In this document: in pieces, positions 37,270 through 48,380 of the stretch
How the letters are laid out: each line of letters starts with the position of its first letter
Position numbering within the stretch: the stretch's first letter is position 1
Source: Longimicrobiales bacterium
GTDB taxonomy: Bacteria > Gemmatimonadota > Gemmatimonadetes > Longimicrobiales > Gaopeijiaceae
Direction: 5' to 3'
Length of the DNA stretch: 64,000 bases
Assembly: GCA_963422615.1 (NCBI GenBank)
Contig: OY730414.1
Span: 372,001-436,000 of the forward strand
Made by a program: the position numbers and the translations under genes
Notes under the pieces: model-generated
The model's database searches: none
Told to the model about the DNA's origin: nothing
What the model saw: the letters and a program-made list of their open reading frames with translations, nothing else

Positions 37270-38860
37270 GCTCAAGCCCGCGATCGAGGGAGACCCGCCC
37301 CGGATCTCCCTCCGCTTCAACCACTTCGAAGTCCTCTTCGTAGCCTACCCGGTTCGGCGACGGCAGATAGCGCGAGAGGTTGATTTGTGCCCTGGCCAGC
37401 TCCCGGTCAAAGGCAGCCATGTCGCGTTGCGCGGCCTGTTCGGCGGTGTCGGATGTGGCGTAGACGATCTCGCCAAGTTTCTGGTCCTGGAGCTTGAGCT
37501 CCCGTCGCATGAGCTCGGATTCGACAAAGGTTGTATGGATGGATTGGAAGCGGTAGCGGAAACCACCGTCGCCCGCCTCCGTGTCCGCCCCAAATTCGGA
37601 GGCCAGGGCTTCCAGCTCCTTCACGATCGGCCCGGGTTGGTTGTCCGAATCTCTAAGCCTGCGCCCGACGTGGCGGATCGCGTCGCCAACGGAAACCCAC
37701 TTCACCGCACCGACGCTTCTGCCGTAGACCAGACCGACGAGAAGACGCCGTATATTCCGCCGCCGCCGCGCACCGTTTTCCCGCATCACGCCCCAGGCCC
37801 GCAACAAGGGGATCGCAAAGAATAGGCTACTGAACACGACGGGCACCACGCCCAGGCCGTAGAAGATCAGCGGATCAACCATAACAAACCCCACGCGCGC
37901 AGACGCCAGAACGGGAGCCAGCCCGATAACACTCCCGGCAACAAGGTTGAGGCTGTTCATCCCTGTAATGACGGCATTGAAGGTCCCAGTATTGCCCGTC
38001 AGATTCTTGGGGTGTTCCAAGCGCAACCAAGCAGGTTTGGGCTCCCGGATCCGGACCTTTCCGGAGGCACTCTTCATCAGGTCGGGGAAGGCGTAGACGA
38101 CCTCCCCCTTGTCGGAAACCCGGGGATCGCCACCGTAGGCCCCCGTCAGGCGCGCCATCTCTTCTTCGGCTTCGGGAAGCGGAAGAGCGGTGTGTTCAAC
38201 GAGTTCGGCCGTCGTGACAACGCCGTTTCGGGCCCGGATGAGCTGAATCGTACTCCGGTCCTTCTGACGACGGCTGGGCCGGGGCTCCTCGGGTCCGAAA
38301 ATGAAGGCAAACACCTTCTTGTAGAACGGAGGCTGCGCTTCCTTGGGGAGCCGCTTCGCGTGGCGGCTTCCATAGTAATGGCCACCCCGCCGCCAAGCCC
38401 GCCCGCCGAGCAGCCAGCGGATCAGGAAAACATCGCCAAGGCCGATCCCCCCTCCCCGGCGCCCGCCGTAACCGTCCCGACCCCGGTTCGCGGTCATGGC
38501 AACGACAATGAGCACCACGAAAACCACGAAGTAGACGACGAGCATCACCGCCGTCCACACTTTGAAGGCCGCCTTGAAGGCGGCCCACGCGGCCTTCCCC
38601 ACACGGGCTGCCGTCCCCTCATGGTCGCGGGCAATGAGCCTCGGGTCAAAGTGGTAGAGCAGCTCCCCCGCGTCCGAAACCTCCAGGTGTCCCCGACAGG
38701 TCTCCATGAGCTGCTTCAGCGACGTCTCCGCTTGATCCCGAGGGATCCCCGTCTCCGAGACGACATCGCCCAGGGTGGCCCGCCCGTTCAATCGGCGGAG
38801 GGCAGCAACAACCGTGGTATCGGGTTCGGGTGGGGTGGGGGCAGTCATGGACATCGCCAA
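37235..38860 (-). CDS. Membrane protein resembling the At5g03900/cyanobacterial uncharacterised family
   Basis: GRATLGDVV...GHLEVSDAGELLYHF, FAFIFG, RNGVVTTAEL and GGDPRVSDKGEVVYAFP. The resemblance is from memory. Confidence 0.7.
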   Translation of the reverse strand: MAMSMTAPTPPEPDTTVVAALRRLNGRATLGDVVSETGIPRDQAETSLKQLMETCRGHLEVSDAGELLYHFDPRLIARDHEGTAARVGKAAWAAFKAAFKVWTAVMLVVYFVVFVVLIVVAMTANRGRDGYGGRRGGGIGLGDVFLIRWLLGGRAWRRGGHYYGSRHAKRLPKEAQPPFYKKVFAFIFGPEEPRPSRRQKDRSTIQLIRARNGVVTTAELVEHTALPLPEAEEEMARLTGAYGGDPRVSDKGEVVYAFPDLMKSASGKVRIREPKPAWLRLEHPKNLTGNTGTFNAVITGMNSLNLVAGSVIGLAPVLASARVGFVMVDPLIFYGLGVVPVVFSSLFFAIPLLRAWGVMRENGARRRRNIRRLLVGLVYGRSVGAVKWVSVGDAIRHVGRRLRDSDNQPGPIVKELEALASEFGADTEAGDGGFRYRFQSIHTTFVESELMRRELKLQDQKLGEIVYATSDTAEQAAQRDMAAFDRELARAQINLSRYLPSPNRVGYEEDFEVVEAEGDPGRVSLDRGLEPTGRRRPRVRR

Positions 38861-39185
38861 GTTCGGCTCCTTCTAGCGGATGGGACGGGCCGGGTCCGCA
38901 TCGCGCGGACAACTCCCCCTGGGAACGAGTGGATCTCCGGTTGTGTTGTAAGAAGGCAGGGACATTCGCTCCTCACGGCAGCCCAGGCGTCGTCTCACCA
39001 AGGGTAATATGGGGGCGGTAGCCCAGCAGTGTAACGCCGGAGTCCCGGGCCTCCGCTTGAGGCACAGGCAAATTTCCGGGGTGAACATAGGGGTCATGCA
39101 GGGGGGCGGGGTGGCAATGATCGAATGATGATGGCGCCGCAATACACTGTCGACCCTGAAACCCGAGGCCAAGGAGTACACGTCA

Positions 39186-40046
39186 ATGAAGAATCGACAC
39201 CATCACCCGGAAGTGGTCTTCCTCATGGAGCCTCCTTACGAGCGCCTTGTGCCTGTTGATCTCTCAAGTTCTGTAACCCCAGAGGGAGGGGGCTGGGTAA
39301 TGGTGTGGGACTTGGGGATTGACGGGTGGCCGAGAGGAGAGGAGGCGGTGGTGAGCCGACCCGCGGGGGTGGCCCTGGCCCTGATCCTTCCCGACGGCGA
39401 CGAGCGCATGGCCATCACCCGAATCCTTCGCTCCATCGAACAGTCGCGTCCCCAAGTGATCCTCCCCTACCACGAGTCGCCCCGTCCAAGGGAGATCATT
39501 TGCGTCATCCGTCGACCCCCTTCGTCTCTTTCTTCCAGCGTGACCGAATACCTGACGTGGCGGGGATTTTCCCTGGACCCGGTGACTCGAAGCATCATCC
39601 GCCGGACCGTCGATCTCAGCGCCAACGTCCAGACCATTACGGCACTGGCAAAGAACCTGTACATGTCCAGGCGGGCCCTCGGGCGTCGGTTCCTCAACAA
39701 CGGGCTGCCCGTCCCGTCCCACTGGCTCCACGTAGCCCGGATCCTTCGCGCGGCGATCAAGCTTCAGAATTCCGACACCAGCCTGTTCAACGTCGCCTGC
39801 TCCCTCGGGTACCCCGACGGCTTCTCCCTGAGCAACCAGATGAATCGGCTGTGCGGCATCCGTCCCCTGGAGGTTCGGTCGAAGTTGGGGTGGGAATGGG
39901 TCTTCGAGACCTGGCTGGTCCGGGAAACCGAGCGGGGGAACATCTCTCCGGACATCGTCGGGAGCCGCTCTTCCATCGCCTCCATGCAAACGGCCGCCCT
40001 TGGCGAAGACGAACAGGATCCGCCATTGGCCGTAATCTCCATTTAA
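39186..40046 (+). CDS. AraC-like helix-turn-helix regulator
   Basis: ALAKNLYMSRRALGRRF and VACSLGYPDGFSLSNQMNRLCGIRP. AAGGAG RBS. Confidence 0.85.
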   Translation: MKNRHHHPEVVFLMEPPYERLVPVDLSSSVTPEGGGWVMVWDLGIDGWPRGEEAVVSRPAGVALALILPDGDERMAITRILRSIEQSRPQVILPYHESPRPREIICVIRRPPSSLSSSVTEYLTWRGFSLDPVTRSIIRRTVDLSANVQTITALAKNLYMSRRALGRRFLNNGLPVPSHWLHVARILRAAIKLQNSDTSLFNVACSLGYPDGFSLSNQMNRLCGIRPLEVRSKLGWEWVFETWLVRETERGNISPDIVGSRSSIASMQTAALGEDEQDPPLAVISI

Positions 40047-40056
40047 GGGTATTCCA

Positions 40057-43000
40057 TTGAATCTTAGTGGCCCGACGACGGATAGAAGTAGCCCGACGAC
40101 GGGTCGCCAGCGTCTTCGCCTGGAGCTATTCGGCGGCCCGACCCTGTGGAGAGGCGAGCACCCCATTGGCATCTCGCCCCTTCAGTCCGGCCTCCTCGCC
40201 ATCGCCTTTGCACAGGGTGGGAATCGTGTCCCCAGACGGGCCGTTCAGCGCCTTCTTTGGGACCGCCACGACGATCGCGTCGTCAGGCACCGGGTAAGCC
40301 AACTGGTCTACCAGACGAACCGCCGCTGTGAAGCCAGGATCATCAAGCTGGCAGGCGAGCACGTCCGGATTCAAGGTGAATTCGTCGACTGTGACCGGGA
40401 AGACTTTGAAGGAATGATCCGCGTCCGGAACTTGCGGGAGGCGTGCGACCTTCTAAACCGAGGTTTTCTGGCCACCCTCTCGGGAAGAAGGACCGCCGCG
40501 TTTGCGGACTGGATCGACGATCGGCGGATGAGCGTCCGCGCCCGCCTACGGGAGGCGGCGCTGGTGAGCTGGGAGCAAGCAGAAGCGGTCCAGGACTGGG
40601 CAACCGCCCGTCACGCAGCAGAAACCCTCCTCCGGCTCGACCCCAGGGACGAGGCCCTCCTCCGGCGGGTGATGCGCGCACGCGCGATGGGCGGCATGGT
40701 CCGGGAGGCCGAGGCCTTGTACCGGTCGTTCGCCGAGCGGGCCAACCCTTCGGGGGCTTGGAACCCCGAGCCGGAAACTTGGAAACTCTTCGAGACAGTT
40801 CGGTCTTCCTACGGGCGCATGAGGACCCACAACCCGGCAGAGCCGGAGCCGAAGGCCCCTTTCTTGGGACGCTACGATGAGCTGGCCCAACTGACCCGCG
40901 CGATCCATCGCCTGGACGGGGACTGGCGCTCGGTCATGATCAGTGGTGAAGAGGGCGTGGGCAAGACGAGACTGGTCGAGGAAGCGATTCGAGGAGCGCG
41001 GCTTCGGGGCTACCGGATCATGCGCGCCTGTCCGGGGGAGCTGGAACGGAACATTCCTCTGAACCCCCTGCTGGAGGGACTGGATCGGTCTTGGGTGGGC
41101 CCGTTCGTGGACACCTTGGAGGAACCGTGGCGCGCCACGCTACTGCCCCTCCTGCCCCAGTTTCGTCTCGGATCCGAACCGCCACAGGAAGGGCCATGCG
41201 CACACCCGGAGAGCCTGCCCAGGCGAACCTGCGAAGCCTTCTTCCATCTCTTCGACGCCATCGCAGGATCTGAACGGGCCGTCCTCTTCGTGGACAATTT
41301 CCAATGGGCAGACAAGATGTCGGTCTCCGTTCTGCAGTTTCTGCGCCGGCGGTGGCGGACCGGAAAGTTCACCCTTCTGCTCGCGTACCGAAACGAAGCG
41401 TTGCCCGCGGACGACCCCGTGTCGCAATTCATACGACAGACCGAAACGGACCCTCGGGTCACGTCGATCCACCTCCGGAGCCTGGACCCCCAGTCCGCCA
41501 AGAAGCTTGCCGGGTCATTGTGTTCGGAGCGGCTGGCAGAAGGGATGCTCGACAAGATCGTGGAGATGGCGGGCGGCAACCCTTTCTTGCTGGTCGAACT
41601 CGCGGCGGATTCCTCTGCCGACGCTTCGGGGCAAAGCGCCAGCGAGATCCCGATACCCCAGGCCGTGAGGCGGGTGATCGGCCGCCGCATGGCAGAACTG
41701 GACACCAACGCCAGAAAGCTGATTTCGGGGCTCGCGGTCTTCGGGCTCCCTGCCGCGCTGGAACGCGTTGTCCGGATCAGCGGCGGCGACCGAGAGGCGT
41801 GCGTGAGCGCTCTGGAGAGGCTGGGAGAACGGCGTTTGGTGGAGTGGGGAAACGAGGGTGTCCGGATCCGCAATGACATCGTCCGCCGTACTGTATACGA
41901 AGATCTGAGTGCTGCGCGACGGGCCATGCTACACAAGACCATGGCCGAGCTCTACTCGGAGTCCGGGGAACCCCCGCTGGAAAGAGTCGCACTCCACTAT
42001 CACCGGGCCGGGGAAGGGAAATTGGCCCGCGCCTGCGCTTTGGAAGCGATGGAGAGCCCCGAACCGGGGGGAGCGACGGACCGTCTCCAGCTCCTCCGGA
42101 CTGCCTACGAAGTGGTCGAGAAGCCGCGACACGACCTCCCATCCGCACAGCTGGCCGAAGCCCATTACGAAGCCCGCCAGCTGGCGGAGGCGCAGCGGTT
42201 CGGTGAAATCGCGACGCAGACCCAGGAGAGCATGTCGTCCGGGGAATCCGCCCGGATTCGCCTGATCGTCGCAGAATCCCGGCGTCTGTTGGGAATCGAT
42301 GACCCGCAGGTCACGCTGGGGAAGCTGGGCAGAATCGGGGACGCAGCGCGGAGGAGAGGCCAAGAAGGCATTCTCACCAGGGTCCTGGACACGACCTGCC
42401 AAGTGCTGGACGGACTGGGCGCCACGAAGGAGCTGGCGGAATTGCTCTCCGGCATGGGAGAGCCGGAGCGCTTTCGCAACCCCGGGGCTCGCTGCCGCGC
42501 GCTGGGAGCCCTCGTCTTGGGAAGTCTCGGGGGCTCCCCCGAAGCGGGACTTCATTCGGGGCACCAAGCCGCCGAGATCGCTTGGAAGGGAAAGTTGTCT
42601 GGCGTGAGGATGATGACCCTGCAACGCCACATTCTTGCTCTGGCCATGGCCGGAAAACTCGCCACCCAGGAGGGGAGGAGATCGATTCGGCGAGCGAAGG
42701 CTCGATCCAGCCGCACCAAGGACCACTTTTCCTCCGCGCTGATCCTGTTTGAGCTCACCAACTGGCATTCCAGTCTGGGCAGCAGGGAGACGGCGGCGGG
42801 GATTCTCGCGGAGTTCCGTACCCTGGCCGAGCCGATGGATTGCCCGCTTGTACGGTTTCTGGAAGGACTTGCCCGGGGTAGCGTGGCCCTTGTTCGGAGG
42901 GATTTGGGCAAGGTTGAAGAAGCATTCCGCCAGGCCCGGGAGTACGCGGGAGTTACGATCGCTCCCAGGTACCTCCATGCCCTCTCCGGCCTGGAGGGAA

Positions 43001-43350
43001 GTCTGCTCTTGGAGAGGGGCAAGCTCCGCCAGGCCGCGAAGGTTGCGGAGCGGCACCTTCACCCTTCGGACGAATCGGCAGCGAACGTCCCGCCCAACTG
43101 GGTGCTGTTCCACGCTCGTCTTCGATCGCGGAAGGGCGATGCGGGGGGCGCACTAGACGTGCTGGAAGCAGGTGTGGCCAAGACCGACCCGGCCCGCGCG
43201 GCGGACTGGCTGCGGCTGGCTCTCGGGTTGGTTCGGCTGGCCCGGCGGAGGGGATGCCCCCGGAAGGACCTGGCCCGAGAGGCCCAGGCCAGGGCCCGAG
43301 AGCTTTGCCTACCCGGAATGGCCCATGAGTTTGTTCCGTTCGTGAATTGA
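40057..43350 (+). CDS. SARP/BTAD + AAA ATPase + TPR-like transcriptional regulator
   Basis: LRLELFGGP, FADWID, LDPRDE, FLGRYDEL, GEEGVGKT, VDNFQWAD and GGNPF. Confidence 0.85.
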   Translation: MNLSGPTTDRSSPTTGRQRLRLELFGGPTLWRGEHPIGISPLQSGLLAIAFAQGGNRVPRRAVQRLLWDRHDDRVVRHRVSQLVYQTNRRCEARIIKLAGEHVRIQGEFVDCDREDFEGMIRVRNLREACDLLNRGFLATLSGRRTAAFADWIDDRRMSVRARLREAALVSWEQAEAVQDWATARHAAETLLRLDPRDEALLRRVMRARAMGGMVREAEALYRSFAERANPSGAWNPEPETWKLFETVRSSYGRMRTHNPAEPEPKAPFLGRYDELAQLTRAIHRLDGDWRSVMISGEEGVGKTRLVEEAIRGARLRGYRIMRACPGELERNIPLNPLLEGLDRSWVGPFVDTLEEPWRATLLPLLPQFRLGSEPPQEGPCAHPESLPRRTCEAFFHLFDAIAGSERAVLFVDNFQWADKMSVSVLQFLRRRWRTGKFTLLLAYRNEALPADDPVSQFIRQTETDPRVTSIHLRSLDPQSAKKLAGSLCSERLAEGMLDKIVEMAGGNPFLLVELAADSSADASGQSASEIPIPQAVRRVIGRRMAELDTNARKLISGLAVFGLPAALERVVRISGGDREACVSALERLGERRLVEWGNEGVRIRNDIVRRTVYEDLSAARRAMLHKTMAELYSESGEPPLERVALHYHRAGEGKLARACALEAMESPEPGGATDRLQLLRTAYEVVEKPRHDLPSAQLAEAHYEARQLAEAQRFGEIATQTQESMSSGESARIRLIVAESRRLLGIDDPQVTLGKLGRIGDAARRRGQEGILTRVLDTTCQVLDGLGATKELAELLSGMGEPERFRNPGARCRALGALVLGSLGGSPEAGLHSGHQAAEIAWKGKLSGVRMMTLQRHILALAMAGKLATQEGRRSIRRAKARSSRTKDHFSSALILFELTNWHSSLGSRETAAGILAEFRTLAEPMDCPLVRFLEGLARGSVALVRRDLGKVEEAFRQAREYAGVTIAPRYLHALSGLEGSLLLERGKLRQAAKVAERHLHPSDESAANVPPNWVLFHARLRSRKGDAGGALDVLEAGVAKTDPARAADWLRLALGLVRLARRRGCPRKDLAREAQARARELCLPGMAHEFVPFVN

Positions 43351-43414
43351 GACGCCCGACCCGTCGGGTTCCCGGAAGTCAAGGGGCCATAATGCAATCT
43401 CACGCTGCCCTTAC

Positions 43415-43457
43415 CTACCTTCGTTGCCGGCCCCCGGAGGACCGGCAACGAAGGTAG
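43415..43457. terminator. Perfect 16-bp hairpin after the BTAD gene
   Basis: CTACCTTCGTTGCCGG (43415-43430) / CCGGCAACGAAGGTAG (43442-43457). No U-tract. Confidence 0.55.
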
Positions 43458-43578
43458 AGACTGGAGCCCGCAGCGACCCGGAGCTTGGCGCAGCGACACT
43501 TGCCACCCCGGTCCCTGGGGTCCCATCCTGGAGACTTAAGCTTTTTCCAGGATTTTTCACCGCTTGTGCTCCAGTCTC
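43457..43578. other. Candidate multibranch structured element upstream of coxS
   Basis: GAGACTGGAGC/GCTCCAGTCTC closing stem with inner ACCCCGG/CTGGGGT and ATCCTGGA/TCCAGGAT hairpins. Confidence 0.4.
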
Positions 43579-43615
43579 CCTCAACGATTACATTCCCGCT
43601 TGATCAGGAGGTGTA

Positions 43616-44089
43616 ATGCCGACCATCACGATGACCGTGAACGGAACCCAGCGAACGGCAACCGTCGAAAACCGGACCCTCCTGGTTGACTTCCTCCGGG
43701 AGGACCTTGGGCTCACCGGTACTCACGTGGGGTGCGACACCAGCCAATGCGGCGCCTGCCTCGTCCACATGAACGGCGTGTCGGTCAAGAGCTGCAGCTG
43801 CCTGGCGGTCCAAGCGGACGGCACCCGCGTGACGACAATCGAGGGGCTCGCCGGGGACGCGGGACTTCATCCCATGCAGGCAGCCTTTCGGGAGCACCAC
43901 GGACTCCAGTGCGGGTTCTGCACGCCGGGCATGGTGATGAGTGCCGTGGATCTGGCGAGCCGAAATCCAGACCCGAGCGAGGAGGAGATCCGGGAGTGGC
44001 TTGAAGGGAACCTCTGCCGGTGCACAGGCTACCACAACATCGTTCGGGCAATACAGGCCGGCGCCAAGGAGATGGGAGGTGCGTCATGA
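43616..44089 (+). CDS. coxS: 2Fe-2S subunit of molybdenum hydroxylase
   Basis: [18 protein letters not shown] and NLCRCTGY. Confidence 0.93.
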   Translation: MPTITMTVNGTQRTATVENRTLLVDFLREDLGLTGTHVGCDTSQCGACLVHMNGVSVKSCSCLAVQADGTRVTTIEGLAGDAGLHPMQAAFREHHGLQCGFCTPGMVMSAVDLASRNPDPSEEEIREWLEGNLCRCTGYHNIVRAIQAGAKEMGGAS

Positions 44090-46455
44090 CGGGCAACGGC
44101 ACGGGAATCGGCGCTTCCGTAAAGCGGAAAGAAGACCTTCGTTTTCTGACCGGAAGGGGCCGGTACACGGACGACATTACCCTGCCCGGACAGCTCTACG
44201 CCCACATCCTTCGCTCCCCGGTGGCTCACGCCTCCATCGGCGAAATCGACACGAAAGCGGCTGGGTCGGCGCCGGGCGTTCGCGCGATCTTCACCGGTTC
44301 CGACATGGAGGGCGTAGGCGGGGTTCCGACGGGGTGGCTGATCCACAGCAAGGATGGCTCCCCCATGGTAGAACCGACCCACCCGCCCCTGGCTACCGGA
44401 CGGGTCCGCTATGTCGGCGATTGCGTGGCCATCATCGTCGCCGATACCCGAGAGCAGGCCCGGAGGGCCGCCGCTCTGGTGGAAGTGGATTACCAAGAAC
44501 TCCCCACCGTCGCTTCCATTGAAGCCGCGACGGCCGACGGGGCCCCCCTGGTTTGGGACGAGGCACCCGGCAACATCTGCTACGATTGGGAAGTCGGTGA
44601 TGAGGCCGCCGTGGACGCCGCCTTCGCGGAAGCGGTCCATGTCGTTTCCATTGATGTCGTGAACCAGCGCCTGGTTCCCAACGCCATTGAGCCCCGGGCC
44701 GCCGTCGCCAACTTCGATCCGGCGACGGGCGAGTACACCCTCTACACCACCAGCCAGAACCCTCACCTCACCCGCCTCCTTCTGGGCGGCTTCGTTCTGG
44801 GACTCCCCGAACACAAGCTGCGGGTCGTTGCCCCCGACGTGGGAGGCGGCTTCGGCTCGAAGATTCCCCACTACGCCGAGGAGGCGATCCTCACCTGGAC
44901 CGCCGGCCGGCTCTGCAGGCCCGTCAAATGGACCTGCGACCGCCTGGACGCCTTCAAATCGGACACCCACGGACGCGACCACATAAGCACCGCCAAGCTG
45001 GCGCTGGACGCAGACGGCAACTTCACCGGGCTTCGGGTGTCGACCACCGCAAACCTGGGCGCCTATCTGTCCACGTTTGCCCCCTGCGTGCCGACGTACC
45101 TGTACGGGATCCTCTTCGCAGGCCCCTACACCACGCCGGCCATCTACGTGGAGGTAAAGTCCGTCTTCACCCACACCACCCCCGTGGACGCCCTGCGGGG
45201 CGCCGGCAGGCCGGAAGCCACTTATCTCCTGGAACGACTGGTTGACAAGGCGGCCCGGGAGACCGGATTCGACCGAGTGGAGCTACGACGCAGGAACTTC
45301 ATTCGGGACTTCCCCTACCAGACGCCGGTGGCGCTCCAATACGATCAAGGGGACTACGAAGCGACCCTGGACCTGGGGTTGGAGACCGCAAACTGGGGGA
45401 GCTTCGAAGCCCGCCGGAAAGAAGCCGCAGAGCGGGGCAAGCTCCGGGGGATCGGGATTTCCACCTTCATCGAAGCGTGCGGAATCGCACCGTCCGCCGT
45501 TGTCGGCTCCCTGGGGGCACGGGCCGGGCTCTACGAGTCGGGCAGCGTGCGGGTCCACCCGACGGGCTCGGTCACGGTGTTCACCGGAACGCACAGTCAT
45601 GGTCAGGGCCACGAGACGACCTTCGCCCAAATCGTCTCCGAGATGCTCGGCGTCGACTTCGAAAGCGTGGAAGTGGTCCACGGCGATTCGGCGCGGATCC
45701 CCTTCGGAATGGGCACCTACGGCTCCCGCTCCCTGGCGGTGGGCGGAACCGCGATCTATAAGGCCGCAGAGAAGGTGATCGAGAAGGGCAAGAAGATCGC
45801 CGCCCACCTTCTGGAGGCGTCGGCGGAGGACATCGAGTTCGAAAACGGGGCGTTCACGGTGGCGGGTACGGACCGGTCCCGCACCATCGGGGAGGTGGCC
45901 CTCACGGCATACGTGCCCCACAACTACCCGGAGGGCCTTGAACCCGGCCTGGAAGAAACGGCCTTCTACGACCCGCTCAACTTCACGTTCCCGGCAGGCA
46001 CGCACATCGCGGAAGTGGAGATCGACCCCGAAACGGGAGAGGTGGAGCTGGTTCGGGTGACGGGCGCCGACGACGTGGGCAGAATCATCAACCCGATGAT
46101 CGTCGCCGGGCAACTCCACGGGGGGCTTGCCCACGGCATCGGTCAAGCGCTATTGGAGGAGTGTCAGTATGAAGAGAACGGACAACTGTTGACCGGTTCG
46201 TTCATGAACTACACGATGCCTCGGGCGGCGGACCTTCCCTTCTTTGACGTGAGGCACAACACGACCTTGTGCACCCACAACCCTCTCGGAGCCAAGGGAG
46301 TCGGCGAAGTGGGCTCCATCGGTATCCCCCCCGCGGTGGTCAATGCCGTCCTGGACGCGCTTCAACCCGTGGGCGTGGACGACATGGACATGCCCGCGAC
46401 CTCCGAACGCGTATGGCGGGCCATAGAGAACGCAAAGGCAAAGGCACAGGACTGA
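44086..46455 (+). CDS. coxL: Molybdopterin-binding large subunit, form II CoxL-like
   Basis: [36 protein letters not shown] and GAKGVGE. S-L-M gene order. Confidence 0.9.
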   Translation: MTGNGTGIGASVKRKEDLRFLTGRGRYTDDITLPGQLYAHILRSPVAHASIGEIDTKAAGSAPGVRAIFTGSDMEGVGGVPTGWLIHSKDGSPMVEPTHPPLATGRVRYVGDCVAIIVADTREQARRAAALVEVDYQELPTVASIEAATADGAPLVWDEAPGNICYDWEVGDEAAVDAAFAEAVHVVSIDVVNQRLVPNAIEPRAAVANFDPATGEYTLYTTSQNPHLTRLLLGGFVLGLPEHKLRVVAPDVGGGFGSKIPHYAEEAILTWTAGRLCRPVKWTCDRLDAFKSDTHGRDHISTAKLALDADGNFTGLRVSTTANLGAYLSTFAPCVPTYLYGILFAGPYTTPAIYVEVKSVFTHTTPVDALRGAGRPEATYLLERLVDKAARETGFDRVELRRRNFIRDFPYQTPVALQYDQGDYEATLDLGLETANWGSFEARRKEAAERGKLRGIGISTFIEACGIAPSAVVGSLGARAGLYESGSVRVHPTGSVTVFTGTHSHGQGHETTFAQIVSEMLGVDFESVEVVHGDSARIPFGMGTYGSRSLAVGGTAIYKAAEKVIEKGKKIAAHLLEASAEDIEFENGAFTVAGTDRSRTIGEVALTAYVPHNYPEGLEPGLEETAFYDPLNFTFPAGTHIAEVEIDPETGEVELVRVTGADDVGRIINPMIVAGQLHGGLAHGIGQALLEECQYEENGQLLTGSFMNYTMPRAADLPFFDVRHNTTLCTHNPLGAKGVGEVGSIGIPPAVVNAVLDALQPVGVDDMDMPATSERVWRAIENAKAKAQD

Positions 46456-46470
46456 AAGGAGAGACGGGCC

Positions 46471-47268
46471 ATGGAAGACTTTCAATACCATGTGCCGGAA
46501 TCGGTGAGCGAAGCCCTCGGCGCGCTTCGGAGTGCGCAGGACGGCAAGCTAATCGCGGGCGGAATGAGCCTGTTGCCCCTGATGAAGCTAAGCTTGGCGG
46601 CCCCCAGCGACCTCGTGTCTTTGGCGAAGGTGCCCGGGCTGAAGGATATCACCGACCAGGGAGACGCGATCGAGATCGGGGCTCTCTGTACCCATGCACA
46701 AGTTTCAGCGGCGGCGGCCGTGCGCGACCGGATTCCCGCCTTGGCGGCGATGGCGGAAGGGATCGGGGATCCGCAGGTACGGAACCGGGGAACGATCGGC
46801 GGTTCCCTGGCCCATAACGACCCCGCCGCCGACTATCCCGCCGCGTGTCTCGCTCTTGCGGCAAGCGTGGTGACGGATCGAAGGGAGATCGGGGCGGATG
46901 AATTTTTTCTGGGAATGTTTTCAACAGCCTTGGAAGACGAAGAGGTCATCATCTCGGTCCGATTCCCCGTGCCCGCAAGAGCGACCTACGCGAAGTTCGC
47001 GAATCCGGCCTCCAAGTATGCCGTTGCGGGGGTCATGGTGGCCGAAGGTCCGGCAGGGATCCGGGTTGCCGTGACCGGGGCTTCCGGCGACGGCGTGTTC
47101 CGAGTGGCCGAGATGGAGGAAGCGCTGGCAGCCTCCTTTGACGCTGCCGCCGTGGCCCACGTCTCCATCCCGGTGGAGGGGTTACTCTCCGATACCGCAG
47201 CCGGACCCGAATACCGGGCCCGTTTGGTCACGGTTATGGCGAAACGGGCCGTGGAGGCCTGCGCCTAA
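46471..47268 (+). CDS. coxM: FAD-binding medium subunit
   Basis: IAGGMSLLPLMK, IGDPQVRNRGTIGGS and DPAAD. Confidence 0.92.
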   Translation: MEDFQYHVPESVSEALGALRSAQDGKLIAGGMSLLPLMKLSLAAPSDLVSLAKVPGLKDITDQGDAIEIGALCTHAQVSAAAAVRDRIPALAAMAEGIGDPQVRNRGTIGGSLAHNDPAADYPAACLALAASVVTDRREIGADEFFLGMFSTALEDEEVIISVRFPVPARATYAKFANPASKYAVAGVMVAEGPAGIRVAVTGASGDGVFRVAEMEEALAASFDAAAVAHVSIPVEGLLSDTAAGPEYRARLVTVMAKRAVEACA

Positions 47269-47337
47269 CAGACATGTCCGCCACCGCGGCTGACCGTCGG
47301 GTAGCAGGGTCCCCTGTTCACCTCTTGAGGGTCGTCA

Positions 47338-48306
47338 ATGGAGGATGACCCCGGCGGTTCCCTGCCCGTCCCCTTGACCCCTCGGGCGGGGGCACCCTCG
47401 CCCCTTCCAAGGTCTGTGGAGGATGCGGTCGTCCTGTTGCAAGGCCAGGGTTATGTGGCAGACGCCGCCCTGGGGACCGCACTCTTCCTGTCGCTGGAGC
47501 TGGATCGACCCCTCTTCTTGGAGGGGGAAGCGGGAGTTGGGAAGACCGAGGTCGCCAAAACCCTCTCCTCCGCTTTGAAACGGCCTTTGGTGCGCCTCCA
47601 GTGCTATGAGGGGTTGGACTTGGCCTCGGCGGCGTACGAGTGGAACTACGCAAAGCAGATGATCCACATTCGGGCGGCAGAAAGGGCCAGCGGAGATCGG
47701 GGAGCGGCCTTGGCGAAGGATGTCTTCTCGAAGGATTTTCTGATCCGGCGCCCCCTCTTGTCTGCGCTGGAACCGTCGGACGGATTGGCCCCGGTGCTGC
47801 TCATCGACGAGCTGGACCGAACCGACGAGCCCTTCGAGGCCTACCTTCTGGAGGTTCTGTCCGACTTTCAGATCTCCATCCCCGAGCTGGGAACCGTGCG
47901 GGCCCAAACGCCTCCCATCGTGATCATCACCTCCAACCGCACCCGGGAAATCCACGACGCACTCAAGCGCCGCTGTATCTACCACTGGATCGATTATCCC
48001 AGTGCCGAACGGGAGCTTGCGATCCTGTCGGCGAAGGTCCCCGGTGCACCGGAGCGGCTGGCAACCCAGATCGTCACGTTCGTTCAGAAGGTCCGGAAAC
48101 TGGAGTTGTTCAAGCCGCCCGGCGTCGCCGAGACCCTGGACTGGACCCGGGCCCTGATGGCGCTGGACCGCCACGCCCTGGACCGGGAGACAGCGCACCG
48201 GACCCTAGGTGTGCTCCTGAAGTACCAGGACGACCTTGAGCGGATGGCCGAGAGTGGAATGGACGAAGCCCTAGGGTCTCCGCGGCTCCAGAAACCCTCC
48301 GACTGA
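47338..48306 (+). CDS. coxD: MoxR-family AAA ATPase
   Basis: GEAGVGKT, RLQCYEG, LLIDELD and ITSNRTRE. Confidence 0.9.
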   Translation: MEDDPGGSLPVPLTPRAGAPSPLPRSVEDAVVLLQGQGYVADAALGTALFLSLELDRPLFLEGEAGVGKTEVAKTLSSALKRPLVRLQCYEGLDLASAAYEWNYAKQMIHIRAAERASGDRGAALAKDVFSKDFLIRRPLLSALEPSDGLAPVLLIDELDRTDEPFEAYLLEVLSDFQISIPELGTVRAQTPPIVIITSNRTREIHDALKRRCIYHWIDYPSAERELAILSAKVPGAPERLATQIVTFVQKVRKLELFKPPGVAETLDWTRALMALDRHALDRETAHRTLGVLLKYQDDLERMAESGMDEALGSPRLQKPSD

Positions 48307-48380
48307 CCCGGGCATGCGCCTCGAACGCTCTTGCCTTCGCCGACCCCGAACACCATTCGCCCATAAGATCCTGCCCAGCA

